Of a stretch of DNA of 63,758 nt, positions 49,300-59,330 are shown piece after piece. Under the pieces are notes generated by a model. It was not told the DNA's origin, did no database searches, and was given only the letters and a program-made list of their open reading frames with translations. The stretch's first letter is position 1. Each line of letters opens with the position of its first letter. The translations under genes were made by a program, and so were the position numbers. The DNA lies in the NCBI GenBank assembly GCA_051986135.1, contig JBPYDQ010000002.1, positions 1 through 63,758 on the forward strand, in the 5' to 3' direction. The stretch is from Terriglobales bacterium (GTDB lineage Bacteria; Acidobacteriota; Terriglobia; Terriglobales; Acidobacteriaceae).

Positions 49300-49782
49300 A
49301 TGAAGGCAGACGAGCTGAAGAAACACTTGGACGAGGCTGAGAGGGGACCGCGAAAATTGGCGGCCGCAGTCTCGGGTCTCTCCGACAAGACGCTCCGCTA
49401 CAAGCCGTCGCCCGACAAATGGTCGATCCTCGAGATCATCGGGCATTTTGCCGATGTCGAGCTGATTTACAGCTACCGTTTGCGGCAAATGCTGGCCGAC
49501 AAAAACCCGGTTATCGCGCCTATCGATCAGGACCAGTGGGCGCGCCACCTGGGATATACCGAAGCCGCTCCGGCTGAACTGGTGGCGCAGTACGGCCTGA
49601 ACCGGCACCACAATATTCGTTTATTACGTCGAATCGGAGTCGACGACCTGAAAAAATCCGCTTATCACCCCGAGAAAAAAGGCAATGTTCATGTCGAAGA
49701 TCTGGTAGAGCGATTGGCCACGCATGATTCCAACCACCTCGCCCAAATAGAGCGCCTCAAGCACGAGGCCGACAGGAAATAG
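49300..49782 (+). CDS. DinB-family (DinB_2) metal-dependent protein
   Basis: ATG at 49300. WSILEIIGHFADVE and HDSNHLAQI His motifs. Confidence 0.78.
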   Translation: MKADELKKHLDEAERGPRKLAAAVSGLSDKTLRYKPSPDKWSILEIIGHFADVELIYSYRLRQMLADKNPVIAPIDQDQWARHLGYTEAAPAELVAQYGLNRHHNIRLLRRIGVDDLKKSAYHPEKKGNVHVEDLVERLATHDSNHLAQIERLKHEADRK

Positions 49783-49787
49783 GATTT

Positions 49788-50855
49788 CTAGACTGAGCCT
49801 GGGGCAGGGCAGCAATTGGTAAAATCCACCAGCGCCTGCAATTTCGCCGCCGCCGCGCCGGAATCTATAGCCGCGACCGCCAGGGGGAGGGCTTCCGCCA
49901 GGTGCTCGGCCTTGCCGGCCGCCACCAATGCCGCAGCGGCATTCAGCGCCACAATATCTCGGCGGGGGGAGTTCTGCCCCGCCAGAATTGCCCTGATGAG
50001 GCTAGCGTTTTCAGCAGCATCCCCTCCCATGATTTCGCTCATGGCTGCGCGTGGGAAGCCGAACTGCTCGGGAGTAATTTCGTAGATTCGTACTCTGCCG
50101 TCGCGCACCTCGGCAATTCTGGTTGCATTCGTGATGGTGATCTCGTCGAGCCCGTCATTTCCATGCACTACTATGGCACGTCGCAAGCCCAGCATGCTCA
50201 AAGCGTCCGCCAATTTCTCCACCAGTTCCGCGGCATAGACTCCGACCACCTGCGCCGAGGCATGGGCCGGATTGGTGAGTGGACCGAGCAGATTGAACAC
50301 GGTTCTGAGCCGAAGTTCGCGCCTAGCAGGCTGCACATATTTCATGGCGGAGTGCATCGCCGGTGCGTAGAGAAACGCGATGCCAACTTCTTCCAGGCAA
50401 GCGGCTATGCGAGCCGGCGGCTGGTGGATATTGACTCCGAGCGCCTCCATGACATCGGCCGAGCCACAGTTGGAGGTCACGCTGCGATTGCCGTGCTTGG
50501 CGACGCGCACTCCGGCGCCGGCGACAACCAGAGCCGTCGCGGTGGAGATGTTGAAGGTGCCACTGGCGTCGCCGCCGGTTCCACAGGTGTCTATCAAAGC
50601 GTCGCGACCGGTCCCGCTGACATCGATGGTGGAATTCCAGGGAAGATCCACGGGAACAGCCGCCCCCTGCATGGCCTCGGCGAAACCGACAATCTCCTCC
50701 ACGGTTTCGCCCTTCATGTGCAGGGCCACGAGCAGCGCGGCGATCTGGGCGTCCGTGCATTCTCCCGCCAACACCTCTCCCATCACTCCGCGCGCTTCTT
50801 GGCGCGAGAGCGACTGGCGGTGATTGGCGATCCGGTCGAGGGCGTCGGTGATCAT
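49788..50855 (-). CDS. trpD: Anthranilate phosphoribosyltransferase
   Basis: [18 protein letters not shown] and [16 protein letters not shown] motifs. Confidence 0.92.
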   Translation of the reverse strand: MITDALDRIANHRQSLSRQEARGVMGEVLAGECTDAQIAALLVALHMKGETVEEIVGFAEAMQGAAVPVDLPWNSTIDVSGTGRDALIDTCGTGGDASGTFNISTATALVVAGAGVRVAKHGNRSVTSNCGSADVMEALGVNIHQPPARIAACLEEVGIAFLYAPAMHSAMKYVQPARRELRLRTVFNLLGPLTNPAHASAQVVGVYAAELVEKLADALSMLGLRRAIVVHGNDGLDEITITNATRIAEVRDGRVRIYEITPEQFGFPRAAMSEIMGGDAAENASLIRAILAGQNSPRRDIVALNAAAALVAAGKAEHLAEALPLAVAAIDSGAAAAKLQALVDFTNCCPAPGSV

Positions 50856-51004
50856 ACGGGTTCATCAAGGGTAGCATCGATGGTCATCGTGATCACTACC
50901 GGAGATGGCGCTCAAGGTTTGCCCTATCTTATAGCGTTCTATAGAATTGGAAGTTTGCTGATAGCCGCTCCAAGCCGCAAGCCGTTTCCTGCCGGGAATC
51001 ATCT

Positions 51005-52177
51005 ATGAAAATTCATGAGTATCAAGCCAAGGCCATCCTAAAAAAATATGGGGTGGCGGTTCCCCGGGGAGAGATGGCCGAGACCCGGGAAGAGTCCGAA
51101 CGAGCGGCTCGGAATCTGTTCGCTGCGGGTGCAACCGGGGTGGTCGTCAAAGCGCAGATTCATGCAGGCGGCCGGGGCAAGGGTGGAGGTGTGAAACTTG
51201 CCAAGTCCGTCGAGGAAGCCGGCGAAATTGCCGCCAAGATGCTGGGCATGAAACTGGTCACACCCCAGACTGGGCCTGAAGGGAAGACGGTGGGGCGGCT
51301 TCTGATCGAGGAGACTCTGCCTATTGAAAAAGAACTCTACCTGGGGATTCTCGTGGATCGGGCCGAGGGCAAGCCCGTATTCATGGCCTCCCCGGCCGGC
51401 GGAATGGATATTGAGCAGGTGGCAGAGGAAACTCCGGAAAAAATCTTAAAGCAGCACATCGACCCCGGAATGGGGTTAGAGCCCTTTCAAGCTCGCAAAA
51501 TTGCCTTCCAACTCGGCCTTAAGGCACGGCAGATCAATCCGGCGGTCCAGTTCTTGACGGGACTCTATCGCGCGTTTCTCGACACCGATGCCTCGTTGGT
51601 GGAAATCAATCCATTTATCACTTGCGCCGATGACCGGCTTTTCGCCCTCGATGCCAAACTCAATTTCGACGACAACGCGCTGTTTCGCCACCCCGACATT
51701 CGTGAACTTCGCGACATCACGGAAGAGGATCCCCTGGAAGTCGAAGCCTCGAAGTACAGTTTGAATTACATCAAGCTGGACGGGAATGTCGGATGCATGG
51801 TGAACGGTGCCGGCCTGGCCATGGCAACGATGGACATTATCAAGTATGCCGGCGGCATGCCTGCGAATTTTCTAGACGTCGGCGGCGGCGCCACGGCCGA
51901 GCAGGTTACGCACGCCTTCGAAATCCTGCTGAGTGACAAGAATGTAAAGGCCGTCCTGATCAATATCTTTGGCGGCATTCTGCGGGTGGACACGCTGGCA
52001 ACGGGGGTGGTGGAAGCGGCCACTAAGACGCATATTCAACTGCCGATCGTCCTGCGCCTGGAAGGCACCAACGTCGAAGCTGGGCGCGAAATCCTGCGCC
52101 AGTCGGGATTGAATTTCATCGTAGCCGACAGCATGAAAGACGCTGCGGAAAAAGTTGTGGCAGCCGCCAGGCATTAG
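51005..52177 (+). CDS. sucC: Succinate--CoA ligase (ADP-forming) subunit beta
   Basis: [18 protein letters not shown]-terminus and the [18 protein letters not shown] motif. Confidence 0.97.
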   Translation: MKIHEYQAKAILKKYGVAVPRGEMAETREESERAARNLFAAGATGVVVKAQIHAGGRGKGGGVKLAKSVEEAGEIAAKMLGMKLVTPQTGPEGKTVGRLLIEETLPIEKELYLGILVDRAEGKPVFMASPAGGMDIEQVAEETPEKILKQHIDPGMGLEPFQARKIAFQLGLKARQINPAVQFLTGLYRAFLDTDASLVEINPFITCADDRLFALDAKLNFDDNALFRHPDIRELRDITEEDPLEVEASKYSLNYIKLDGNVGCMVNGAGLAMATMDIIKYAGGMPANFLDVGGGATAEQVTHAFEILLSDKNVKAVLINIFGGILRVDTLATGVVEAATKTHIQLPIVLRLEGTNVEAGREILRQSGLNFIVADSMKDAAEKVVAAARH

Positions 52178-52209
52178 CAAATAGTGGCAACTCCAGGCGG
52201 AGAGCATTT

Positions 52210-53094
52210 ATGGCCGTGTTGGTTGATAAGAATACGAGACTGATCGTTCAGGGTCTGACCGGGCGGGAAGGCACATTCCACGCAAAGAACTGTGCCGAAT
52301 ACGGAACCAAGGTCGTCGGTGGCGTGACTCCCGGCAAGGGCGGGACCAGGCACGAGGGCTGGCCCATCTTCAACAGCGTTCAGGAGGCGGTAGCCAAAAC
52401 CGGGGCGAATACAACCGTCATCTTCGTCCCCCCACCGTCTGCCGCTGACGCCATCATGGAGGCCGCCGATGCCGAGATCGAGTTGATCGTCTGCATCACA
52501 GAAGGAATTCCCACCCTGGATATGGTGCGCGCCTGGGATTTTCTGCAGGACCGGCGCTCGCGCCTGGTCGGGCCGAATTGCCCGGGCATCATTTCGCCCG
52601 TCAAGGCGAAAGTCGGCATCATGCCCGGGCCCATTCACCGGGAAGGCCCCATCGGCATCGTGTCGCGCTCGGGAACGCTCACCTACGAGGCGGTGTACCA
52701 ACTCACGACCCGCGGCATCGGCCAATCCACGGCGATCGGCATCGGCGGCGATCCTATCGTCGGCACGAATTTCGTCGACGCATTAGACCTATTCAACCGT
52801 GATCCCGAAACCGAAGCGGTCGTCATGATTGGCGAGATCGGCGGCAGCGCGGAAGAAGCCGCGGCCGAGTTCGTCAAATCGCACATGAAGAAACCGGTGG
52901 TGGGATTCATCGCGGGACAAACCGCTCCTCCGGGACGGCGCATGGGACATGCCGGCGCCATCATTTCCGGCGGGAAGGGAACGGCGGCCGAAAAAATTAG
53001 AGCTATGGAAGGAGCCGGGATTCGTGTGGCCAAGTCTCCCGCGGCCATCGGTGATACTGTCGCAGCAGTGCTGGGCAGCGCCGCAAGGGTTTAG
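52210..53094 (+). CDS. sucD: Succinate--CoA ligase subunit alpha
   Basis: [22 protein letters not shown] and the phospho-His motif MGHAGAII. Confidence 0.97.
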   Translation: MAVLVDKNTRLIVQGLTGREGTFHAKNCAEYGTKVVGGVTPGKGGTRHEGWPIFNSVQEAVAKTGANTTVIFVPPPSAADAIMEAADAEIELIVCITEGIPTLDMVRAWDFLQDRRSRLVGPNCPGIISPVKAKVGIMPGPIHREGPIGIVSRSGTLTYEAVYQLTTRGIGQSTAIGIGGDPIVGTNFVDALDLFNRDPETEAVVMIGEIGGSAEEAAAEFVKSHMKKPVVGFIAGQTAPPGRRMGHAGAIISGGKGTAAEKIRAMEGAGIRVAKSPAAIGDTVAAVLGSAARV

Positions 53095-53170
53095 GAAAAC
53101 GGACTCCGAGAACAGACGAATCGACGCCGTATCCTAAGGGTGTAGGCCAACGACCAAGGACCAACGATCA

Positions 53171-53596
53171 ATGAAGACCTTGCAACGTACCTTGACTATC
53201 ATCAAACCCGATGCGGTGAAGAGAAACGCCATCGGCGACATAATCGAGCAGTTCGAGAAGAACGGCTTTCATATTCTTTCCATGAAGATGCTGGAGATTT
53301 CCAAACACCAGGCAGAACAGTTCTATGCCGTGCACGCCAGTCGGCCTTTTTACAATTCGCTCACTGATTTCATGTCCAGCGGTCCCATTGTTGCCTTGGC
53401 ACTAGAGAAGGAAAATGCCATTGCCGACTTGCGAGCACTAATGGGGGCCACCAATCCAGCCGATGCTAAGGAAGGTTCAATCCGCAAGAAGTGGGCGACC
53501 AGCATCGAGAAAAATGCTATTCACGGCTCCGACGCCGAAGATACGGCCGGTTTCGAGTTGAGCTTCTTCTTCGCCGGCTATGAACTGGCGAAATGA
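53171..53596 (+). CDS. ndk: Nucleoside-diphosphate kinase
   Basis: [12 protein letters not shown]-terminus and the NAIHGSD active-site His. Confidence 0.97.
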   Translation: MKTLQRTLTIIKPDAVKRNAIGDIIEQFEKNGFHILSMKMLEISKHQAEQFYAVHASRPFYNSLTDFMSSGPIVALALEKENAIADLRALMGATNPADAKEGSIRKKWATSIEKNAIHGSDAEDTAGFELSFFFAGYELAK

Positions 53597-53849
53597 AATA
53601 AAAACAGCCACGTCGGATTGCCGTACACGGCACCGGCGGCCGGCGCCATCCGCAGGTTTACCAATTTGCCTTGCCCGGTGAAGAATCGGCGGCTGAAGTC
53701 GAGGCCGCACACAGATCAGAAGCGCGCAAGCCTAGCCCAGCCGACGACCGCTGCAATAGCGAACGAAGCCGGAACCCGGCAAGAAGAGGTTGTGGTTGCC
53801 TTCCCCGAAGTGTCGAAAGCGAGCTCGGTATTCCTTGTCCGCCCGGGTT

Positions 53850-54140
53850 CTACGATCCGAGGGGCTCGTATAGGTGTCCCTCGACCCGGTCGGCGATTCT
53901 CGCTAGTTCCTTCTTTGCGTACTGCAGGAAGTGAGGTGCGGCGCGGTGAGCTTCCAAAGCCGCATCGTCCTTGTACTGCTCGTAGATGAAAAAGCGCCGC
54001 GACTCAGTCCGGTGCCGGTGGACAAGGTACATCTGGCAGCCTGGTTCTTTTCGTGACTCTTCCGTCAGCTTCGAAAACAGGTTGGCTACTTCGGTTTCGC
54101 GTCCCACCCTTGCCACCCAGGTAACAGCCAACACCACCAT
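53850..54140 (-). CDS. ABM-family (antibiotic biosynthesis monooxygenase-like) protein
   Basis: 96 aa with an EPGCQMYLVHR...FFIYEQYKDDAALEAH pattern typical of ABM ferredoxin-like folds. Lies 17 nt downstream of purA. Confidence 0.72.
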   Translation of the reverse strand: MVVLAVTWVARVGRETEVANLFSKLTEESRKEPGCQMYLVHRHRTESRRFFIYEQYKDDAALEAHRAAPHFLQYAKKELARIADRVEGHLYEPLGS

Positions 54141-54157
54141 CGCTCCGCTCCGTGCCG

Positions 54158-55504
54158 CTAATTTCTTGCCCGCGCCCGCTTCTTTTGATTAGCCGCCGCT
54201 TTCAGCTCATCGGCGAATTCTTCTACAAAAATGGTTTGCTCGCGGTCGGGACCGGTCGACACCATGCCGATTCGCGCGCCCGTCTCTTTTTCTACAAATG
54301 ACAAATACGCTCGCGCCGCTTTGGGAAGGTTTTCCATGGTTTGTACACCCTGGGTTGATTTCTTCCAGCCAGGCATCTTCTCATAGACCGGTTTGATTCT
54401 GGCATACCCGCTGTCCTGAGCGGGAATCTCGGCCATCTCTTTGCCGTCCCATTCATAGCGTACGCAAACAGGAATTTCTGCCAAGTCGTCCAAAACATCT
54501 AGCTTCGTAACCACCAGCCACGAAATCCCGTTGATCATGACAGAGTAGCGTAGAAGAGGCAGGTCAAGCCAGCCGCAGCGGCGCGGACGTCCGGTAACGG
54601 CTCCGAACTCATTCCCGCGTGCCCGCAGTTGTTTTCCACTTTCGTCCAAAGCTTCGGTGGGGAACGGACCGCCGCCAACTCGCGTGCAATAGGCTTTAGT
54701 GACACCGATTACGCTATCGATCGCCGTAGGTGCAATACCCGTGCCGATTACCGCGCCTCCCGAAGTGGCACTGGAGGAAGTAACGAAGGGGTAGGTTCCA
54801 TGATCGATATCGAGCAGGGTGCCTTGTGCGCCTTCGAACATGATGGATTCGCCCGCCAGCAGTGCTTTGTTGAGCAGCAGCGCGGTGTCCGAAACGAATG
54901 GTCGAATCTTCTCCGCAGCCTGGGCGTATTCGGAGAACATCTTGTCCGCATCCAGCGGCTCGGAGTTGAACAGCGCATGCGCGATCATGTTTTTTTCGCG
55001 TACGGCGTTCTCGATATGGGTCTTGAGCAGCTTGAGATCGAGCAGATCCGCCACCCGCAAGCCTCTGCGGCCCATCTTATCTTCATAAGCAGGACCGATT
55101 CCCCGCGAGGTCGTGCCAATCTTCACACGTCCAGGCGCGTTCTCCGCAGCCAATTCAATCATTCGGTGGTAGGGCAGGATGACATGAGCGCGATTGCTGA
55201 TAAACAGGTTTCCATCGATACCGACCCCGGCCGCGCGCAGGCCGGCAACTTCCTTCAAGAATGCCAGGGGATCAAGCACAACTCCATTGCCAATTACGCC
55301 CCGGCAACCAGGCCGCAGCACGCCTGAAGGCACCAGTTGGAGGATGAACTTCTTGCCATCAACGATGACGGTATGGCCAGCGTTGTGACCGCCTGCGTAG
55401 CGGGCTACGACCGGAAAGCTCCGCGAAAGGACATCGACGATCTTGCCTTTGCCCTCATCGCCCCACTGCGCGCCTACGATAACCGCAGTCCTGCCTCTGC
55501 TCAA
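54158..55504 (-). CDS. purA: Adenylosuccinate synthase
   Basis: GAQWGDEGKGKIVD P-loop, GTTSRGIGPAYEDK and TKLDVLD motifs. Confidence 0.97.
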   Translation of the reverse strand: MSRGRTAVIVGAQWGDEGKGKIVDVLSRSFPVVARYAGGHNAGHTVIVDGKKFILQLVPSGVLRPGCRGVIGNGVVLDPLAFLKEVAGLRAAGVGIDGNLFISNRAHVILPYHRMIELAAENAPGRVKIGTTSRGIGPAYEDKMGRRGLRVADLLDLKLLKTHIENAVREKNMIAHALFNSEPLDADKMFSEYAQAAEKIRPFVSDTALLLNKALLAGESIMFEGAQGTLLDIDHGTYPFVTSSSATSGGAVIGTGIAPTAIDSVIGVTKAYCTRVGGGPFPTEALDESGKQLRARGNEFGAVTGRPRRCGWLDLPLLRYSVMINGISWLVVTKLDVLDDLAEIPVCVRYEWDGKEMAEIPAQDSGYARIKPVYEKMPGWKKSTQGVQTMENLPKAARAYLSFVEKETGARIGMVSTGPDREQTIFVEEFADELKAAANQKKRARARN

Positions 55505-55691
55505 ATTCGAACTCCACGGTTTGAATTTGCGGCCGCCCTAGCCGCTGTGCGGGTCGCACACACTTGTCGTCCGCAGTATTTGCGACGGAAAAAATGGAAG
55601 TAAACTGAACGGGGTGTGTACAAAACATGATACCCTGCCGACCCGGAAGTGGCAATTGCCCTAGCCGGTTTCGGTTCTCAGGCTCGAGAGG

Positions 55692-56030
55692 CTAGAACCC
55701 GTGTCCATCTCTCATAAATATCAGTTGAATCAGAGCCGAGGCGAGTTGAAGCATCCTAAGAAAGCTCTCGGCGTGACGTTCACCTCTAGCGACCAGACGC
55801 CGGAAGTTCTGCAACGGGAAAACCGCCTCTCGATTTCCACCTTTGCCGGTATCGTTTCAGCGCGAAATTCCTGTCGACAAACGCTTCGCGGACATCGATT
55901 GTGCCTTGGGCGCTGAGTTCGTGCCAAACAGCAGTCATGAACCTCGTCATCCGACCAGCGCGAACCCATTTCTAAAAGCGCCTGTGACAACTCGGGAACG
56001 AGGAGTATCGGTTGGGGAGGTCGGCCCAAG
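55692..56030 (-). mobile_element. Degenerate IS5-family transposase remnant (frameshifted, catalytic DDE core deleted)
   Basis: Minus-strand frames read ...ELSQALLE / KWVRAGRMTRFMTAVWHELSAQGTIDVREAFVDRNFALKR... (stop at 55786). A different frame then reads RGERHAESFLRMLQLASALIQL (stop at 55692). These resemble the RW..aGvW..l...l...G.idws.a.iD.s...AkkGG segment and the C-terminal ...YeR.a..fla.l.LA.ali.l segment of IS5-type transposases. Confidence 0.5.
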
Positions 56031-56321
56031 GTCGACCAGTTCGTTACAACCATAGGACACCGCTCAGGACGGATCGCGGGCCTTTGCGAGGCGCCCTCGC
56101 CCATCACGCGTCTTCTTGGTTTCGGGACCAGCGGGGTCAAGGGTTCTGTCAGGTCAGGTGTAACGGCGCGTTCCTGGGTTGATCGCGTATGGCGCTCCGG
56201 CCGAGCGACGGGCGGCGAAGCCTGGCAGAATTACTTCCGAGCTGAGCAGTCAAATTTAAGTGGGTTCCGGCAGCCTCCATGCGCAAACTGGAGCGCTGGC
56301 ATGGGCGGGAAACGTTCCGTT

Positions 56322-56651
56322 CTAATCAAGACTACCCTGCTCGATAGTGACATTCTCTCTGACTATGAGCCTGTGCGCAGCCATCTCGCGCAGCTTTGGT
56401 AGTACGCGGCTGACGTGCTCGTCGGTGTCTACGAAAGTGACAATCACCGGAAGCTCACCGCCAGCCTCGACCAAATGTGCTGTTTGGACTTTCGTTCGAC
56501 CCTGGAAGCCAGCCACGGAATGCAGTACCACGGCTCCCGCGACATTCTCATCTCGCAAGTATTTGAGAATCTCCAAATGAAGCGGGCGGTGATGCCAAGA
56601 GTCGCCTTCCGTGAGGTACATCGTCACCTGTACTGCCATAACGACTGTCAT
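56322..56651 (-). CDS. DUF190 domain protein (commonly co-transcribed with crcB)
   Basis: 109 aa, located 1 nt downstream of crcB. The WHHRPLHLEILKYLRDENVAGAVVLHSVAGFQG pattern is typical of DUF190. Confidence 0.78.
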   Translation of the reverse strand: MTVVMAVQVTMYLTEGDSWHHRPLHLEILKYLRDENVAGAVVLHSVAGFQGRTKVQTAHLVEAGGELPVIVTFVDTDEHVSRVLPKLREMAAHRLIVRENVTIEQGSLD

Positions 56652-56652
56652 T

Positions 56653-57039
56653 CTACAGCCACCGCGCCAATGCGGCTCCCATCAACACTGAAAGCAAGCA
56701 GAGCAGGTTGCTACCAATCACGTTCCATGCCACGAGAAGCCGCTGTCCCTGCTCGAACAGCGCGAACGTTTCAAAAGCATAACTGGAAAATGTCGTGTAA
56801 GAGCCGCAGAAGCCGACCGCGATTAGCCATCGCCAACGCACGTCTACCAGCACTCGCTCACCAGTCCAGATCAGAAAGAAGCCGGCCACAAGGCTGCCGC
56901 TGATGTTTACCAGGAGCGTGCCGTAAGGGAAAGTGGGAGAAAGAGCCTTTGCAACGAAGCCACTGACAAAGTAGCGTGCGCTCGCACCAACAACCGCACC
57001 CAATGCAATCCAGAAGTAAGCCACGATGGAGTTCTCCAA
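56653..57039 (-). CDS. crcB: Fluoride ion channel CrcB/Fluc
   Basis: 128 aa with four helices, and GASARYFVS and GFCGSYTTFS motifs. Preceded by a fluoride riboswitch. The start is TTG 57039 or GTG 57024. Confidence 0.9.
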   Translation of the reverse strand: MENSIVAYFWIALGAVVGASARYFVSGFVAKALSPTFPYGTLLVNISGSLVAGFFLIWTGERVLVDVRWRWLIAVGFCGSYTTFSSYAFETFALFEQGQRLLVAWNVIGSNLLCLLSVLMGAALARWL

Positions 57040-57045
57040 GCTGGT

Positions 57046-57097
57046 TTGTAGGAGTCATCAGCCCTGCGGGCGGTTAGCGGCGAACTCCATCGCCGAA
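57046..57097 (-). promoter_or_regulatory. Fluoride riboswitch (crcB RNA motif)
   Basis: The minus strand reads GGCGAUGGAGUUCGCCGCUAACCGCCCGCAGGGCUGAUGACUCCUAC. This aligns nearly position for position with the published Thermotoga aptamer GGCGAUGAGGCCCGCCCAAACUGCCCUGAAAAGGGCUGAUGGCCUCUAC. It sits immediately 5' of crcB. Confidence 0.88.
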
Positions 57098-57101
57098 TTG
57101 A

Positions 57102-57803
57102 TTATATATTGGCTGAAGTCTCGCCCAGCAACTCCTTCAGGATCGCCGCGAGATGCAAAGCTGCGCAGTCGATATGGGGGAAATCAGTATTCGTGTCATC
57201 AAAAAGTCGCGTGAAGTCGGTTCCAGCCAGAATAACGGTCCCAACTCCATCGCGACTGAGGAGCGTGTGAGCAAGAGAGGTCAAGATCCTATACTGCTCT
57301 TCGCTGCCTTTCCCCGTTCGAGCCAACTCGACGTAGGTATTGTGAACATAGTCCACCTCTTCTGGCATGGCGCTTACGATTTCGAAATCTCCCAATTGCC
57401 CAAAGAGCGACGACTGCATGACAAAACGAGTGCCAAAGATGGCTACGCGCCCCGCCGATCGTGCCGCAAGCTCCCGGACCAAGGGATCGAAGATTGACAC
57501 GACGGGCAGGGGCGAGATGGCGGTCAGTTCGCGCAGGCAGAAATGCGGGGTGACCGCCGGGATCGCGGCGATCACGGCTCCGGCAGCTTTCATACGGTCG
57601 ATATAGCCTTTGAGGTATTCAGCCAAGCCCTCGCGGTCGTTCGCTTGAACATAGTCGAAGATCCGAGATGTCTCCGCATGTGTGATGACGATGTCAAGCG
57701 TGCGCCCTTGCGCCTCGTGCGCCTTCGCTAGTCGCTCGTAGTAGTGGATGGTGGCTCCAACCCCAAGCCCTCCTATGAGACCCAAGCGTCGAGCGGTCCG
57801 CAT
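57102..57803 (-). CDS. Aspartate/glutamate racemase-family protein
   Basis: LGLIGGLGVGATIHYY N-terminus and a second half-domain with the ILAGTDF motif. Confidence 0.78.
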   Translation of the reverse strand: MRTARRLGLIGGLGVGATIHYYERLAKAHEAQGRTLDIVITHAETSRIFDYVQANDREGLAEYLKGYIDRMKAAGAVIAAIPAVTPHFCLRELTAISPLPVVSIFDPLVRELAARSAGRVAIFGTRFVMQSSLFGQLGDFEIVSAMPEEVDYVHNTYVELARTGKGSEEQYRILTSLAHTLLSRDGVGTVILAGTDFTRLFDDTNTDFPHIDCAALHLAAILKELLGETSANI

Positions 57804-58109
57804 TGAATTAGATTAGTGGTTTCTTCACCCTTGGGCTAGTGACGTGGCCTCGAACTGTCGGTTTAGAGACGACAATGGGAAATCAGGTTTGCTGGCCGCA
57901 AATCTCCCGATCGAACGTTTTCGTCTTGTGGCTTAAGCGTACAGCGCCAGGCTGTTGCTGTTGGCATTTTCCTTCTCTGCTTCCGACCCGGTATCCTGGC
58001 CCTTCCGATGGACGAGCGTCACGTCCAAGGATTCAGCGGACAGTCGGGCATCGCGTCTCACTCGAATGCTAGACTGCACGGCAGGTAGGGAGAGGGGCTG
58101 CGGCGGCCA

Positions 58110-58439
58110 ATGATCGCTATTGCTAAAGAGGACTACCTGAGGGCAATAGCGGAGGCGAAGGCCGAAGGCACTGAAGCGGTTGACGAAAGATCGATGGTCT
58201 CGCCCAAGCGGGACCATCGCATCAAACTCACTGCGCAGGGTCCAGAGATTGCCGAGCGAACCCTTGCCCGCCATCAAGTGGATCGAAAGAATGCCAGCGT
58301 GCCTGCCGGGGAGTTGGTCCGAGAGGTGACAGTAGCGGGATGGTTGCCTTCCCGGCTCGGTTGGAACGGAAAACCGGTCCGATGCCGAATAGTGCAGTCG
58401 GGGTGTCCTATAAACTGTATCTATGCCCGAACTTCCTGA
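58110..58439 (+). pseudogene. DtxR/MntR-family metalloregulator, decayed (internal deletion plus frameshifts)
   Basis: Frame A reads MIAIAKEDYLRAIAEAKAEG...IKLTAQGPEIAERTLARH. The +1 frame (58273-58329) reads IKWIERMPACLPGSWSE then a stop. Frame A resumes with EVTVAGWLPSRLGWNGKPVRCRIVQSGCPIN. Together these follow the DtxR order EDYLK.I...R.HRL.ERFL..LG.sW.EvH...RL...LG.P..CPHG.PIP, but lack most of the winged helix. Confidence 0.5.
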
Positions 58440-59235
58440 AGTCGAGACCGTCGCCAGGGGATTAGCAAGGCTGGTCACGGGTGATGTTATCGAGTCGATC
58501 TGGCTCGGTTCGAAGAAGGAGCCACTGAAGTCTCCGGCTAAGGTCATCGCCCGTGCCTTGGAGAATGCCCGGGTACACAAGGTACGGCGCGTCGGCAAGC
58601 AAATTGTTTTCGATTTACTCGATCCAGCTGATGGGCGAAGCCAATGGGTGGTCCATCTGGGGATGACAGGCCAGATGCTGGTCTGCTCGCCCGACAGAGA
58701 AGTGAGGAAGCACACTCATGCCATCGCAAAGTTAGCTTCCGGGCGGGAATTGCGTTTCGTTGATCCGCGGCGATTTGGTCGTCTCAGCATAGCCAGGGAT
58801 GGCGATTTCAGCGGCACCGGGCTCGAGCCCCTGGAAGTCGATCGAGAGACTTTCATTGATCTGTTTCGCGGACGTCAAACTCCCATCAAGAGTGCGCTGC
58901 TGAACCAAAAACTTCTGGGCGGTGTCGGCAATATCTATGCCGACGAGGCCCTCTTCCGAGCAGGCATACGACCTCGAAGGCGCGCCGCCAGCCTTACCCG
59001 AGAAGAATTGAAAAGGTTGAACAGCTGTCTTAGAAAAGTGCTGAATGAGGCCATTCGCCTGGGTGGTTCATCGATTTCTGACTACGTGGATGCGGTCGGA
59101 GAGAGAGGATTTTTCCAATTGCGTCACCGCGTTTACGGACGCGAAGGCGAAGCTTGTCTGGTTTGCAGAAGTCCGATCAAGCGAGTGCTCATCGCGGGAA
59201 GAAGCAGTCACTACTGCCCTCGTTGCCAGAAGTGA
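58423..59235 (+). CDS. mutM: Formamidopyrimidine-DNA glycosylase
   Basis: MPELPEVETV N-terminus, an H2TH region and a C-terminal CxxC...CxxC zinc finger. Confidence 0.95.
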   Translation: MPELPEVETVARGLARLVTGDVIESIWLGSKKEPLKSPAKVIARALENARVHKVRRVGKQIVFDLLDPADGRSQWVVHLGMTGQMLVCSPDREVRKHTHAIAKLASGRELRFVDPRRFGRLSIARDGDFSGTGLEPLEVDRETFIDLFRGRQTPIKSALLNQKLLGGVGNIYADEALFRAGIRPRRRAASLTREELKRLNSCLRKVLNEAIRLGGSSISDYVDAVGERGFFQLRHRVYGREGEACLVCRSPIKRVLIAGRSSHYCPRCQK

Positions 59236-59330
59236 GAATTTGCCCAGAGCCTACCACCGCTCGGTCGGCTTGGCGAGCTGGCTGGTCTGGTCACTTGCCG
59301 GGGCATCTGATAGGCTGAAACGTTTTAATT

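Noticed and set aside
56110-56150. ACAGAACCC on the minus strand, similar to the RNase P RNA 3' conserved ACAGAACCCGGCUUA.
   Set aside because: There is no GAGGAAAGUCCGGGC (P4/CR-I) element anywhere in the gap. The region is better explained as the flank of an IS5 relic.
56140-56175. CAGGTCAGGT, reminiscent of the SRP (4.5S) RNA domain IV sequence CCAGGUCAGGUCCGGAAGGAAGCAGCC.
   Set aside because: The match stops after 10 nt. The GGAA tetraloop and the AGCAGC symmetric-loop strand are absent.
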